A stretch of DNA of 63,861 nt, the filler included, from an uncultured Methanosarcinales archaeon (lineage in GTDB: Archaea; Nanobdellota; Nanobdellia; Woesearchaeales; CAYSVS01), in NCBI GenBank assembly GCA_964434475.1. It is 13 parts of 13 records of this genome, joined end to end, with 100 filler letters (N's around TTAATTAATTAA, not from the genome) between each part and the next. Parts side by side here need not be neighbours in the genome. Positions count along the whole stretch, not along the records: positions 41,824 to 46,385 come from CAYSVS010000081.1; positions 46,486 to 50,980 come from CAYSVS010000082.1; positions 51,081 to 55,480 come from CAYSVS010000083.1; 10 more parts are not named here. One strand, written 5' to 3'. Below the pieces are notes generated by a model. That model was given only the letters and a program-made list of their open reading frames with translations, had not been told where the DNA came from and made no database searches. This document shows positions 42,391 to 52,464 of this stretch, piece after piece (within the stretch, counting starts at the first letter, position 1; every line of letters starts with the position of its first letter). The translations under genes and the position numbers were made by a program.

Positions 42391-42926
42391 AATTCAACTC
42401 CACCATGCAAAATGATTCCATTTAATATGTTATTCTTTAAGTTCTTGTGTATATCTTTCCAGGTTTCATAAAAATTAATGTTTATTCTCCTATTCATTGT
42501 TTTTTCAAAATGTTCAATTTTGAATAATTTGTCTTTTCGTTCTATGATTGCTATATCTATATCTGAATTTTTTGTATCTTCTCCTCTTGAATAACTTCCA
42601 AAGATGATTATTGTTCCTCCTGGAAATGTGTCCTCAAGAAAATCAGATAATCCTGATTTATATATGTTTTTTATGTTTTCAATTCTTTTCAATTCAATCG
42701 CTTTTTTTTCATCCCTGTTGAAAGATATGAAATTTATGGTTTTAGTCTTTTCAAGTTTTATTAGATTTTCTTGTTTTAATTTTTCTAAAGAATTTCCAAC
42801 TGCAGTAGGTGATACTTTTAATATTTTTGCAATTTCTCTTTGACTTAGTCTTTCTCCTGCTTTAAGACAAAGTAATAAAAAGATCTCTTGTTCAAGCACT
42901 GTACAGTTTAGTTTATACATTTCCAT
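42387..42926 (-). CDS. wHTH plus minimal nucleotidyltransferase (MNT antitoxin-like)
   Basis: LSQREIAKILKVSPTAV; FGSYSRGEDTKNSDIDIAI. Confidence 0.88.
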   Translation of the reverse strand: MEMYKLNCTVLEQEIFLLLCLKAGERLSQREIAKILKVSPTAVGNSLEKLKQENLIKLEKTKTINFISFNRDEKKAIELKRIENIKNIYKSGLSDFLEDTFPGGTIIIFGSYSRGEDTKNSDIDIAIIERKDKLFKIEHFEKTMNRRININFYETWKDIHKNLKNNILNGIILHGGVEL

Positions 42927-42987
42927 TTTACTTCATATGTGTCAACTTAAGTTTATATATCTTTCGGTTATTTGTGTTAAAAGAAGT

Positions 42988-43899
42988 TTAATTGACTTTT
43001 ATTGTCATGTAATCGCCTGTAAATATGATGTCGCTTGGCAGCTTGAAGAGGTTATTGTCTTTTGCTGAAGTAATTTCTGCTCTTGTAAGTTTGCCTGCAT
43101 CAAGCTCGAATTTGCTGTCTTTTACTTTGTTGAATATTTTGTTGCCTATTATGACTTGGTCAGCTTTTGCGACATAGAATTGGTTCTTTAGTTGTGTGTT
43201 GAAATTCTCGCTTCCGACAATATTTGCTTGTTCATATTCTGTTGAATCAGCTGAGCTTGCGCTTATGCCTTGGCTTGATGATTTTACGTTTACGCCGTTG
43301 ATTATGTTTATTGTCTCGCCTTGTTTTGTTGTTGCTGTGAATCTCTCAACTTCTCCAAAGGTTTCTTCATCAGCTGTCTTTTTGTAATTGGTTACGCCTT
43401 TGGCTTGTGTTTGGACTATGCTGTCTTGTTCAGGCGTGGAGGGTTGTTCGGCTGATTAGGGGTAGTCATTTAGTGTTTCTTCTGCTTCGTCAAATGTTAT
43501 CTCGCCGTTTTCTTGTTTTACGTTCTTTACGTTTTTCTGAACTTTTCCGTCTATTGTTATTTCTTCTGCTTCAGCTATCTGTCCGTTTACTATCTTTGCG
43601 CCTTTGACATTAACATATTTGTCGAAACCCACTGGCTTGGCTGATCCTTCAATACCTCCGTCGCTTAGTACAATCAGAGGACCTTGACCAAATTCAACTC
43701 CATTTACAGTTACATGCTGTCCTTCTGGGATGTTCCATGTGCCTGCTTGTTGATTGTTAAGTGCGTTTTGGATCTCTTGTTGGGTTTGCGCACCATCAAA
43801 TTCTGTATCTCCTCCGCCAGTGTCTGGTGGCAGTCCATTTATAATAGGTACAACTAATAAAATTAATATGAGAACTATTGAAATACCTCTTTTTTGCAT
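42988..43899 (-). pseudogene. Secreted surface protein with an in-frame TAA at 43456-43458
   Basis: Signal peptide MQKRGISIVL..; frame continues 155 codons past the stop to ..FTGDYMTIKVN*; paralogue at 22281. Confidence 0.75.
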
Positions 43900-43918
43900 T
43901 TTTAATTTCTCTTTTATA

Positions 43919-44986
43919 TTAAAATTTATATTTAAAATTTCCAATATGTTGATAATTATCTGTATTATTAAATCTATATAGTTTACCATCCTTATCTGGT
44001 GTAGGTTTATCAAAAATATTAGGGTTTAACCACCATTTTGGAAATTGATTTGACCACTCTTTAATTTGTTTAAAATTCTTAGGTCCTCCAAAAAAAACAT
44101 CGATTAATTTTATTTTTCCATCATTATTATCTTTAGTTTCTCCTAATAGTATCTCATGTCTTGAATATAACGCAAATGAAGGCGGTCCTCTTATAGGGGG
44201 TAGTCTTTCCTGTTTTCTAATATTGACATCGTCAAAAATACCCATCGTATCTTTCACTGTTATTCTGCTTTCTTTACACATTATATCATATAATCCTTTG
44301 TTATATTGGCTACCTGGTATTTTAATGGCAACAAATTCTATCTGATTATTAAACGAGTCGTATAATTCTTTTAAAAAAATAGCTGATCTTTTATCCAGTT
44401 CATCTTTTTCGTCATTATAAAAAAAAACTAAGACATTATCAAGGTTCGTTTTTTTAAAGATTCTGCAAATATATTTTTTTTTTAAATCATTAGTTTTGTC
44501 AATATTGCCACTAAATTCAAGATAATCCATCTTTTTACATTTTTTTATTATTTCGTTTACTGTTTGATTTTTCATCAATGTCTCTATCTCAGAAGTTGTC
44601 AGCTCTTTGTATTTTTGTACTATCCCTGGCTTTGAACTTGCTGTGTATGTATTATTGTTCTGCGCTGCTGCCTGCTTTCCTAATCCTAACAACGCGCCTA
44701 TCAGCATTACTTTAGCAGCTGCTCTCTTTACTCTTGTTCCCAAAGTAGGCTTTTGTTTTTGCTGCTTCCTTTGCTCAGCTGCATTTCTCCAGAATTCTGG
44801 ATCTTTAGTATCATATTCAGTTGCTGTATGCACTATATCAATAAGATTATGATGGAATTGTTCAAAACCTTGAGAAGTAGGATTATCTATAAAATTATAT
44901 GCAGAATCAATCTTTCCATATATTTCTTTTCCGTATCCTTGATTTTTAATTATGTTTTCAATCACTTCAATTCCTCTTAATAACAT
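43919..44986 (-). CDS. Hypothetical protein with an internal signal anchor and a Cys-less thioredoxin-like region
   Basis: RVKRAAAKVMLIGALLGLG; NVLVFFY..IEFVAIKI..IRGPPSFALY. Confidence 0.55.
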   Translation of the reverse strand: MLLRGIEVIENIIKNQGYGKEIYGKIDSAYNFIDNPTSQGFEQFHHNLIDIVHTATEYDTKDPEFWRNAAEQRKQQKQKPTLGTRVKRAAAKVMLIGALLGLGKQAAAQNNNTYTASSKPGIVQKYKELTTSEIETLMKNQTVNEIIKKCKKMDYLEFSGNIDKTNDLKKKYICRIFKKTNLDNVLVFFYNDEKDELDKRSAIFLKELYDSFNNQIEFVAIKIPGSQYNKGLYDIMCKESRITVKDTMGIFDDVNIRKQERLPPIRGPPSFALYSRHEILLGETKDNNDGKIKLIDVFFGGPKNFKQIKEWSNQFPKWWLNPNIFDKPTPDKDGKLYRFNNTDNYQHIGNFKYKF

Positions 44987-45052
44987 CTAGAACCTCTCTT
45001 TAATTATATATTTTAGGTGATTAATACTTATAAAGTTTACTGAGAAAAAGCA

Positions 45053-46249
45053 TTATTCTTTTTCTAAGCTTTTTATGAATTCCCAGATATATTTGCCTTT
45101 TTTCTTACCTTCCATAGCAATCACTATCTTTTTTGAACCATATTTTTCTGCAAAAAAATCAAGTGTTTTCATATTGGCTTTCTGAAAATTTAGTTTCGCT
45201 TCAATCGCATAATTTTTTATTATAAAATCAATCTCTTGTTTATTTGTAGTTCTCCAAAAATTAATATCTTGTTTGTTTTTCATAAGCTCCAAAAAGACAA
45301 ATGTTTCAAAAACACTGCCGAACACTATTTTTGGAAATTCCTTTAACCAAAGCAGATGCATCATTCCTGTGTCTAAGAAATAAATTTTTGGGTTTTTAGA
45401 TAACTCGCTTCTTAAATTCTTATGGAAAGGAGTTATTGTTTTGATTATGAAAGTGTTTTCAAGCAGATCTATATATTCATTAATGGTTTCACGATTCATG
45501 CCGAGTGTGTTAGAAAGTTCAGAAACATTCACTAATTGTCCAGATTGAGATGCCAATACTCTTACTAATTTGTTAAAACCAGAAATGTTTCTTATGTTAC
45601 CTATGTCTCTTATGTCTTTTTTTATGTATGTGTTTATTATCTGATATAACATGACTTGTTTCTTCTCTTCTGATTCTTCAAGCACAATTTTAGGGTATGC
45701 TCCATATTTTATGTATTCTTTACCCAATAAGATTAGTTCTTTATTGGTCGCGTCAGTATTATTCTCTGTTAGCTTGTATCTTTTATCTTTAAACACTAAA
45801 AATTCTTCAAAACTTAATGGATACATTTCAAAACATACGATTCTTCCAACAAGACTATCCTTAAACTTTTTCTTAATCTCAAAAGTTGAAGAGCCTGAAA
45901 CGATCAATTTTATGTTTGGATAATGATCATGCATGATCTTGATAAAATTAGCAGGATTATCTATATATTGTATCTCATCAATCAATAGATATATCTTTTT
46001 TTTGTCATCCGCCCCTTTTTCTAACAGATATTTGTAAACTGCTTCAGCACCTTGATTACACAATTCTAAAAGGTTCAAAAGTTCAAGATCAAAATAAAAA
46101 ACATTATTTTTTAGATTATGTTCAATCAAATATTTTAACAAAGTTGTTTTGCCAACTTGTCTTGCACCATATATTACAATAGTTTCTTTTGAATCTAAGT
46201 ATTTTTCAATATCTTTTAGTATTTTTCGCGAATATATCTTTTCAGTCAT
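45053..46249 (-). CDS. AAA_14 / DUF4143 ATPase
   Basis: GARQVGKT, IDEIQ, VSGSS, GAYP, PKIYFLDTG, QEIDF..AIEAK. Confidence 0.9.
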   Translation of the reverse strand: MTEKIYSRKILKDIEKYLDSKETIVIYGARQVGKTTLLKYLIEHNLKNNVFYFDLELLNLLELCNQGAEAVYKYLLEKGADDKKKIYLLIDEIQYIDNPANFIKIMHDHYPNIKLIVSGSSTFEIKKKFKDSLVGRIVCFEMYPLSFEEFLVFKDKRYKLTENNTDATNKELILLGKEYIKYGAYPKIVLEESEEKKQVMLYQIINTYIKKDIRDIGNIRNISGFNKLVRVLASQSGQLVNVSELSNTLGMNRETINEYIDLLENTFIIKTITPFHKNLRSELSKNPKIYFLDTGMMHLLWLKEFPKIVFGSVFETFVFLELMKNKQDINFWRTTNKQEIDFIIKNYAIEAKLNFQKANMKTLDFFAEKYGSKKIVIAMEGKKKGKYIWEFIKSLEKE

Positions 46250-46334
46250 TTTAATACCTAACACTACAAATAATTATGTTATTTGTATGATAAAAGAACC
46301 ACATTATATAAACTTTTTGGTGTTTTTGCGTTAT

Positions 46335-46385
46335 TGTACGATTTGAAAATTCTTGCAATTTCTATATTTATTAATTTTGCAATAT
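46335..46385 (+). mobile_element. IS end B
   Basis: Identical to the 50927 stub and to the reverse complement of 5827-5875. Confidence 0.7.
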
Positions 46386-46538
46386 NNNNNNNNNNNNNNN
46401 NNNNNNNNNNNNNNNNNNNNNNNNNNNNNTTAATTAATTAANNNNNNNNNNNNNNNNNNNNNNNNNNNNNNNNNNNNNNNNNNNNGGACAAAACCCATTT
46501 TATTCTTTAAAAGCTCTAATCTAAGCTATGCACATACG

Positions 46539-47099
46539 TTAAATTATATCCTTGAAAGGATTTTGCCCCCTTTTCCTAAAAACTTTTATATCTTCATCAT
46601 AAGTTATCTTCCTGCCCCATAAAGATATTATTACAGGATCTTTTGCAACATCGTCTATTATCTGAGTAAATGTTAAGCCTATATCTGAGCAATGATTCAT
46701 CTTAGCGAACCTTTTGCATTTTATAATGTTCTTATACGCTTCAAAATATTTATAATCCATCCAAGCAGAAGGCTCATTTCCCTTTTGCTGAAGATATACT
46801 AATTTATCATCATCATCTATCAACACTTTTTTATCAGAATAAACATCACATCCTATTTTTCTATCCCTGTGCAAATAGCTAAAAATCAAAGTCAGATGTT
46901 TAAGATATTCTCTAAATATATAAAACTTAGACTTGCGGTTTTGATGCTGAAAATTCAGATTTTGTTCATATTCAGGATGAGTCTTTAGCTGGTTATTCAA
47001 AAAAGAAAAGTATATATCTGATTGGTCTATCTGCTGTTTATAATGAGATTCATAATTTTTCAATATATTATCTATAACAATTGTTAAATTTTTTTTCAT
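46539..47099 (-). CDS. Hypothetical protein
   Basis: 186-aa ORF with AAGG RBS. Confidence 0.55.
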   Translation of the reverse strand: MKKNLTIVIDNILKNYESHYKQQIDQSDIYFSFLNNQLKTHPEYEQNLNFQHQNRKSKFYIFREYLKHLTLIFSYLHRDRKIGCDVYSDKKVLIDDDDKLVYLQQKGNEPSAWMDYKYFEAYKNIIKCKRFAKMNHCSDIGLTFTQIIDDVAKDPVIISLWGRKITYDEDIKVFRKRGQNPFKDII

Positions 47100-47219
47100 C
47101 TTAATACCTTAAATAAGTTATAAAAGCAAGTTTAAAAGTATTATTGTTATAATATGATATTTTACATTTCGCAAATTTTATATATACATAAACAATGAAC
47201 ATATCAAAAAAGAGGTAAA

Positions 47220-48239
47220 ATGAAATTAAAGAATATATTGTTATGGGGTATTTTTTCACTAGCAATATTATTCTTATTATTCTCTAAAATATTTAGTTTT
47301 CATATCAGCACAATATTCAAATTAATTATTATTCTCATAATCAGTGCATTTATAGTCATAAAATCTGCGAATTTCCTGATAGAAGCTATATCTGATTACG
47401 GCAAAAAAACAGGATTTTCTGAATATCTTATTGGATTGTTCGTGCTTGCTATAGGAACAACGCTTCCTGATTTATCTACTGGAGTGATTGCATCTTTAAC
47501 AAACAACGGCAATCTGATCTTAGGCGATGTTATCGGTGCAAACATACTTGACATGACCATAGTATTAGGATGCATAATATTCTTCTCAAAAAAACTGAAG
47601 ATAAAAGACAAATCAATAAAAAAAACCACTATATGGATTCCTTTTGCAGTTACATTACCTTTGATGCTTGCAGTTGACGGAACATTCTCTAGATTAGACG
47701 GATTCTTGCTCATATTGTCATTTATCGCATACTTATTCTATTCCTTTGAGGAATCTCCAGATATCAAGTTGATAAAAAAGAATGTAAAATTTAAAAATAT
47801 CTGGAAAGACATGATCATTTTTCTATTAGCACTGGCTGCATTGTTATTGGGCACAAGATGGCTTGTGTTTTCAGCAGTATACCTATCAAAAATATTCAGT
47901 ATTCCTTTATACATAGTTGGTCTTTTGCTTATCGCTATCGGCACAACAATGCCTGAGTTATTGGTCGCTATAGAATCATCATTAAAAAAGGAATCAGGAT
48001 TGGCGATAGGAGACATTCTAGGGGCTATGGCAATAAATTCATCATTAGTCATAGGCATATCCTGTTTGATAAGTCCCATAATGATAGAAAATAAGACCAA
48101 TTTCCTACAGACAGGAATGTTCATGGTTTTTACTACACTTATAGGTATGTTCCTCCTAAGAAGAAAAGAAGTTAGAAGAGAAATTGCTTTTATACTGTTA
48201 TTGTTGTATATTATATTCGTAGTTATACAGATATTATGA
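47220..48239 (+). CDS. Na+/Ca2+ exchanger (CaCA/YrbG-like)
   Basis: Two alpha repeats: AIGTTLPDL..GDVIGAN and AIGTTMPEL..GDILGA. Confidence 0.9.
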   Translation: MKLKNILLWGIFSLAILFLLFSKIFSFHISTIFKLIIILIISAFIVIKSANFLIEAISDYGKKTGFSEYLIGLFVLAIGTTLPDLSTGVIASLTNNGNLILGDVIGANILDMTIVLGCIIFFSKKLKIKDKSIKKTTIWIPFAVTLPLMLAVDGTFSRLDGFLLILSFIAYLFYSFEESPDIKLIKKNVKFKNIWKDMIIFLLALAALLLGTRWLVFSAVYLSKIFSIPLYIVGLLLIAIGTTMPELLVAIESSLKKESGLAIGDILGAMAINSSLVIGISCLISPIMIENKTNFLQTGMFMVFTTLIGMFLLRRKEVRREIAFILLLLYIIFVVIQIL

Positions 48240-48259
48240 ATTAAAAAAGTAAATTCATA

Positions 48260-48841
48260 TCAAATCTTATCCTTTAATTTTAGCTCTAAAATAAGATTCT
48301 CTATCTTTTTCAAGTCATACTTAATAGAATCATACTTTCTTCGCATCTCATTATCTCTAAAATCAAACTTACTAAGTTCAAAGTGAAGCTCTTCTATAGC
48401 ATCCCTAATCTCTTTAACAGATTCATAGTTTTCTTTTGTAGAATCCAAAATTGCTTTTCTCATCAGTTCACCAGTAAGATCAGCCACACCAAGAAGATAA
48501 TAATCAGTCTCGACACCAAGCTCTTCTCGCGTATATAGTTTCTTATCCTTAACAAAACCATAAAAAAGCATTGCTTCAACATATTCCTGCACTGCAACCT
48601 TATAAGCGCCTTGATAATAAAGTTTGTTATGCTTTGAAATATATTCTTCAAGTTTCTCCACTTCACATTTCATCTTTTCAATAAATTCATCGGCTTGACC
48701 TATCTCATTCCTATGAATCGAATATATTGTCTGTTTTGAAAGCTTTAGAACATCCCTTGACTTTTTTATGAGAAGATCCCTTTGTGAATCATACTGTGCA
48801 TTTTCATCCAGCATCTCCTTAAAATCATTCTTATCTATCAT
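48260..48841 (-). CDS. Translin/TRAX (C3PO) family protein
   Basis: SRD..SKQTIYSIH, QEYVEA, YLLGVADLTGELMR, MRRKYD. Confidence 0.88.
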   Translation of the reverse strand: MIDKNDFKEMLDENAQYDSQRDLLIKKSRDVLKLSKQTIYSIHRNEIGQADEFIEKMKCEVEKLEEYISKHNKLYYQGAYKVAVQEYVEAMLFYGFVKDKKLYTREELGVETDYYLLGVADLTGELMRKAILDSTKENYESVKEIRDAIEELHFELSKFDFRDNEMRRKYDSIKYDLKKIENLILELKLKDKI

Positions 48842-48915
48842 TTTAATATTGATAAAAAGAGATAATATATAAAGTTAATTAGAACAAAAGTAAAAATAAT
48901 AAAAACAAGATATAA

Positions 48916-49509
48916 TTATCTGCTCGCATCTGCTTGTCTTTCAAGCTCATTCTTTTTAGCTATTGCCTGAGAAGTCATCTGTCTATTATAAGCACCTATT
49001 ATCTCATCTGCAAGAGCAGACTCTATCCTTTTCTTAGTATTAAATGCTCTCTGATAAGCAGACTGGGTAAAATTTCTTAAAACAAGATCTATCCTTCTTT
49101 GCGGCGCACATTCAACAGCTTTAGGATATCTTGCTCCGCCATATTCGATTGCTATAACCTCTTCTCTTGGAGCTGCTATTTCAAGCGCTTTTACAAATAC
49201 CTTTATAGGATTCTCTTTTGTCTTATTTTCTATTATCTTAAAAGCTTCAAAAACTATCTTATAAGCGGTATTTGCTTTTCCGGTTATATGATGGCTGGTC
49301 TTAAAATGTTTCTTAGACTTATGTCCAGGAATCATAACCTTATTGATAAGCCTTTCAACAATAAACACTTTTGATTTGTGGAACCTGTTACCTGCATATC
49401 TTGCACCTGTTCTAGGCACTATAGTAGGCTCTAAAGCAATATATTCCTTTACACCAGGGTCCTCTACTTCTATTCCTTCTACATCCCATTTACCAAATAC
49501 TTTTATCAT
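48916..49509 (-). CDS. rps7: Archaeal ribosomal protein uS7
   Basis: IVERLINK, NPIKV, APREE, PQRRID, LADEII, ERQADASR. Confidence 0.95.
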   Translation of the reverse strand: MIKVFGKWDVEGIEVEDPGVKEYIALEPTIVPRTGARYAGNRFHKSKVFIVERLINKVMIPGHKSKKHFKTSHHITGKANTAYKIVFEAFKIIENKTKENPIKVFVKALEIAAPREEVIAIEYGGARYPKAVECAPQRRIDLVLRNFTQSAYQRAFNTKKRIESALADEIIGAYNRQMTSQAIAKKNELERQADASR

Positions 49510-49513
49510 TTTT

Positions 49514-49954
49514 TTACTTCCTTGCTTTCTCTAGTTTACCTTTTCTAAGAGCATCTAAAGATTGATCATTAACCTTGATAACCTGCCATCTTATACCAGA
49601 CAGATCACCTTTACTTTTACCGTGATTCTTGCCTCCTATACATTCGACAACAACTTCATCATGCTCATCAATAAGCTTCTGAGCACCATCACCAGGCATA
49701 AACGCAGTTATTTGTCTGCCGTTCTTTATCAGTTGTACTCTGCAACACTTTCTCATAGCTGAGTTCGGCTGCTTTGCTTCTACTTGCAATTTTTCAAGTA
49801 CAATACCTTTTGCTTGTGAAGCTCCACCCAACGGGTCAGCTTTCTTTCTGAGGTTAAGAGCTTTTCTAACATATAATTTACTTAACCATCTAGCTTCTGT
49901 TCTTCTTTTCTTTAGTTTGCTTCCAGCACCTAATCCTTTTGATTTTTTAGCCAT
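49514..49954 (-). CDS. rps12: Archaeal ribosomal protein uS12
   Basis: [28 protein letters not shown]. Confidence 0.96.
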   Translation of the reverse strand: MAKKSKGLGAGSKLKKRRTEARWLSKLYVRKALNLRKKADPLGGASQAKGIVLEKLQVEAKQPNSAMRKCCRVQLIKNGRQITAFMPGDGAQKLIDEHDEVVVECIGGKNHGKSKGDLSGIRWQVIKVNDQSLDALRKGKLEKARK

Positions 49955-50076
49955 ATTCTTAATCACGGTTGAAAAAAAGGGGCTTGTTTATAAATCTTTT
50001 CGTTTTATTCTAAACAATAATTCAATATATTTATATAGTAATTAATCAAATAATAACCAGATACAAAATCAAAGAG

Positions 50077-50583
50077 GTGCTAATATTGAAAAAAATAATT
50101 ATCATAATTATGATGCTGATTCTTATAGTAGGATGTACTCAAAAGATTAAAGAAAACAAAACAGAAGAAATCCAGGAACCTATAAAAGATCCTGAACCAC
50201 AAGAGCCAACACAATCAACCGAACCAACTAGAGAACAAGAACCTGTTTCTGAACCAAAAAAACAAGAGCCTGTTGAAATTAAAGAAGATGAAGAACAAGA
50301 CATAGAATATGAAGAATACATAGACATATCATTAGAGGAAGGAAACATAAACAGAGGAATAATGAGTCCAGATTATATAACTATTCAAAAAGGTCAAAAA
50401 GTAAGGTGGACCAACAGGAACATAAGACCTCATCTTGTTGCATGCTATCTCGAAAGTAAAAGGATTTTTGCAGGAGAAAAGATAACTCCAGAAGAATACA
50501 GCGAACATACTTTTGAACAAACAGGAGAGTACATCTGCAAAGACGCAATTTATGGTTCAAGAGGAACTATTATTGTTGAATAG
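50077..50583 (+). CDS. Lipoprotein with P/E/Q linker and cupredoxin-like domain
   Basis: IVGC lipobox; ITIQKGQKVRWTN..PH, HTFEQTGEY.C, GTIIVE. Confidence 0.75.
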   Translation: MLILKKIIIIIMMLILIVGCTQKIKENKTEEIQEPIKDPEPQEPTQSTEPTREQEPVSEPKKQEPVEIKEDEEQDIEYEEYIDISLEEGNINRGIMSPDYITIQKGQKVRWTNRNIRPHLVACYLESKRIFAGEKITPEEYSEHTFEQTGEYICKDAIYGSRGTIIVE

Positions 50584-50768
50584 ATCAAAGTTCTTATTTC
50601 TTTTTTATTATTAATCTTATTCTTTAAATTGCTAATAATATATGTGCACAAGATATTTAAAATAGATATCACTTTTTCAGGCATCAAGAACAATATTCAT
50701 ATCCACAATTAAAATAGATATAAATGATGAAAAACAAGTTATTTTAGAAAAAACACATATTAATAAGA

Positions 50769-50872
50769 TAGCGGGGAGTGGATTTGAACCACCGACCTGA
50801 GGGTTATGAGCCCTCCGGGCACTCCTGATTGGACATCTATGGCAGGAGCCATAAATTCTGCCCTACCCCGCT
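50769..50872 (-). tRNA. Archaeal initiator tRNA-Met(CAT) with a 29-nt intron (50829-50857) at position 15/16
   Basis: AGCGGGG/CCCCGCT acceptor with A1-U72, GAGGG-CTCATAA-CCCTC anticodon arm, TTCAAAT T-loop; removing the insert restores D-loop AGTCAGGAGT. Confidence 0.92.
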
Positions 50873-50926
50873 ATAGTATACGAGAAAAATACGCCATTTA
50901 TAAATCTTACTATAAATAACTGGAGT

Positions 50927-50980
50927 TGTACGATTTGAAAATTCTTGCAATTTCTATATTTATTAATTTTGCAATATTTT
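50927..50980 (+). mobile_element. IS end B
   Basis: Third identical copy. Confidence 0.7.
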
Positions 50981-51159
50981 NNNNNNNNNNNNNNNNNNNN
51001 NNNNNNNNNNNNNNNNNNNNNNNNTTAATTAATTAANNNNNNNNNNNNNNNNNNNNNNNNNNNNNNNNNNNNNNNNNNNNAAGATGGGAGAAAAAGCAAA
51101 GAAAATAATAGTCGCAGAGTATAATGAAAAAAAAATGTTAAAACAATACATGGAGATAT

Positions 51160-52425
51160 ATGATAAATATGAATAATATATTTTTTAAAAATATTTTTAA
51201 TAAAGAAAATATTAGATATGTACACTTGAAAAGCAATGATTTTTTATTAGAACATAATAATTACTACAAATCAATAAATATTCTCATCAACAAGGGATTC
51301 ATACCATATATGACAGAAAAAACTGAAAAATATAAAACCATGCTTTCTAAATTTGTGGATGGAAAAATTTACTCAATTCATCTTCACAGAGAAATTGCTT
51401 GGCATGGTATATTAGTTCTTGATAAAAAATGGGTTATAAAAAGATCCACAAATAATAAACCTTCAAAAGAAGATTTATTACTTATCGAATCAGGTCATTT
51501 TCTATTTGAGAATTTTAAATTTAATAAAAAACAGTTTGATCTACTTAAATCTATCACTAATTTTGATCATGAATATGTATCGATGCAATTAAAAAAAAAC
51601 GGATGGAAAAAAGAGTTTGAACAATTACATTCAAAAATACATAAGGAGAATAGACCGTTTAAGTTAAGTAAAAAAAACATATTGAAAATAAACATATCTA
51701 AGATTATTAAAAAAAGATTAATTCTTAATTCATGGAATGTTTCAGGTGAAATAGTAAGACATATAATGCGAAAATTAAGGATAAGAAAAAAGGGCTATCT
51801 TGTCGCACTCATCGGAGTAAACGGTGCCGGTAAAAGCACAACAAGTAAAGAATTAACAAAAATGTCAAAAGAATTCAAGCGACTGGGAATATCACAATCT
51901 AAATACTATTTTGGATGGAAACCTTTTTTACCCACCACTAAAATTTTATCAAAACTATTTCAAAAAAAGGGTAAAAACACATATGATGATCTAAACAAAA
52001 AAATTAAAAGATTTGATATTAAAAACGAACTAATATTTCTATACACTTATTTTGAATATCTAGCAAGATATATATTCCACATTTACCCTAAATTAAGAAA
52101 AAAACATATAATAATATCTGACAGATACTTTTATGATATGTTCGGCCAATACAAATACAGTAAAAATAGTCTCATACTACCTCTCTTGCTTAAATTTTAC
52201 CCTAAACCAGATATAACAATATTTTTAGATGCAAATTATAATACCATAAAAAAGAGAAGAAAAAATGTTCCAGATCATATGATCAAATCACAAAAAGAGA
52301 GATTTAAACAGATAGCAAAGAATATTGATGCTAAGATATTTCTAACAGATAAGGATTTTAAAGATACTGTTAAAAACATATTCAATACTTTTTCAAATGC
52401 ATGTATAAAAAAGTTATCAAAATAA
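51160..52425 (+). CDS. Thymidylate-kinase-like P-loop protein with an N-terminal NTase-like region
   Basis: IGVNGAGKST, IISDRYFYD, PKPDITIFLD; N-terminal SIHLH. Confidence 0.7.
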   Translation: MINMNNIFFKNIFNKENIRYVHLKSNDFLLEHNNYYKSINILINKGFIPYMTEKTEKYKTMLSKFVDGKIYSIHLHREIAWHGILVLDKKWVIKRSTNNKPSKEDLLLIESGHFLFENFKFNKKQFDLLKSITNFDHEYVSMQLKKNGWKKEFEQLHSKIHKENRPFKLSKKNILKINISKIIKKRLILNSWNVSGEIVRHIMRKLRIRKKGYLVALIGVNGAGKSTTSKELTKMSKEFKRLGISQSKYYFGWKPFLPTTKILSKLFQKKGKNTYDDLNKKIKRFDIKNELIFLYTYFEYLARYIFHIYPKLRKKHIIISDRYFYDMFGQYKYSKNSLILPLLLKFYPKPDITIFLDANYNTIKKRRKNVPDHMIKSQKERFKQIAKNIDAKIFLTDKDFKDTVKNIFNTFSNACIKKLSK

Positions 52426-52464
52426 CGAAAATGTTTTAAAGTATCTATCTTTTTTGTGTAAATA

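Noticed and set aside
43456..43458. Stop-codon reassignment
   Set aside because: TAA ends many normal genes in the same genome; a single nonsense change is simpler.
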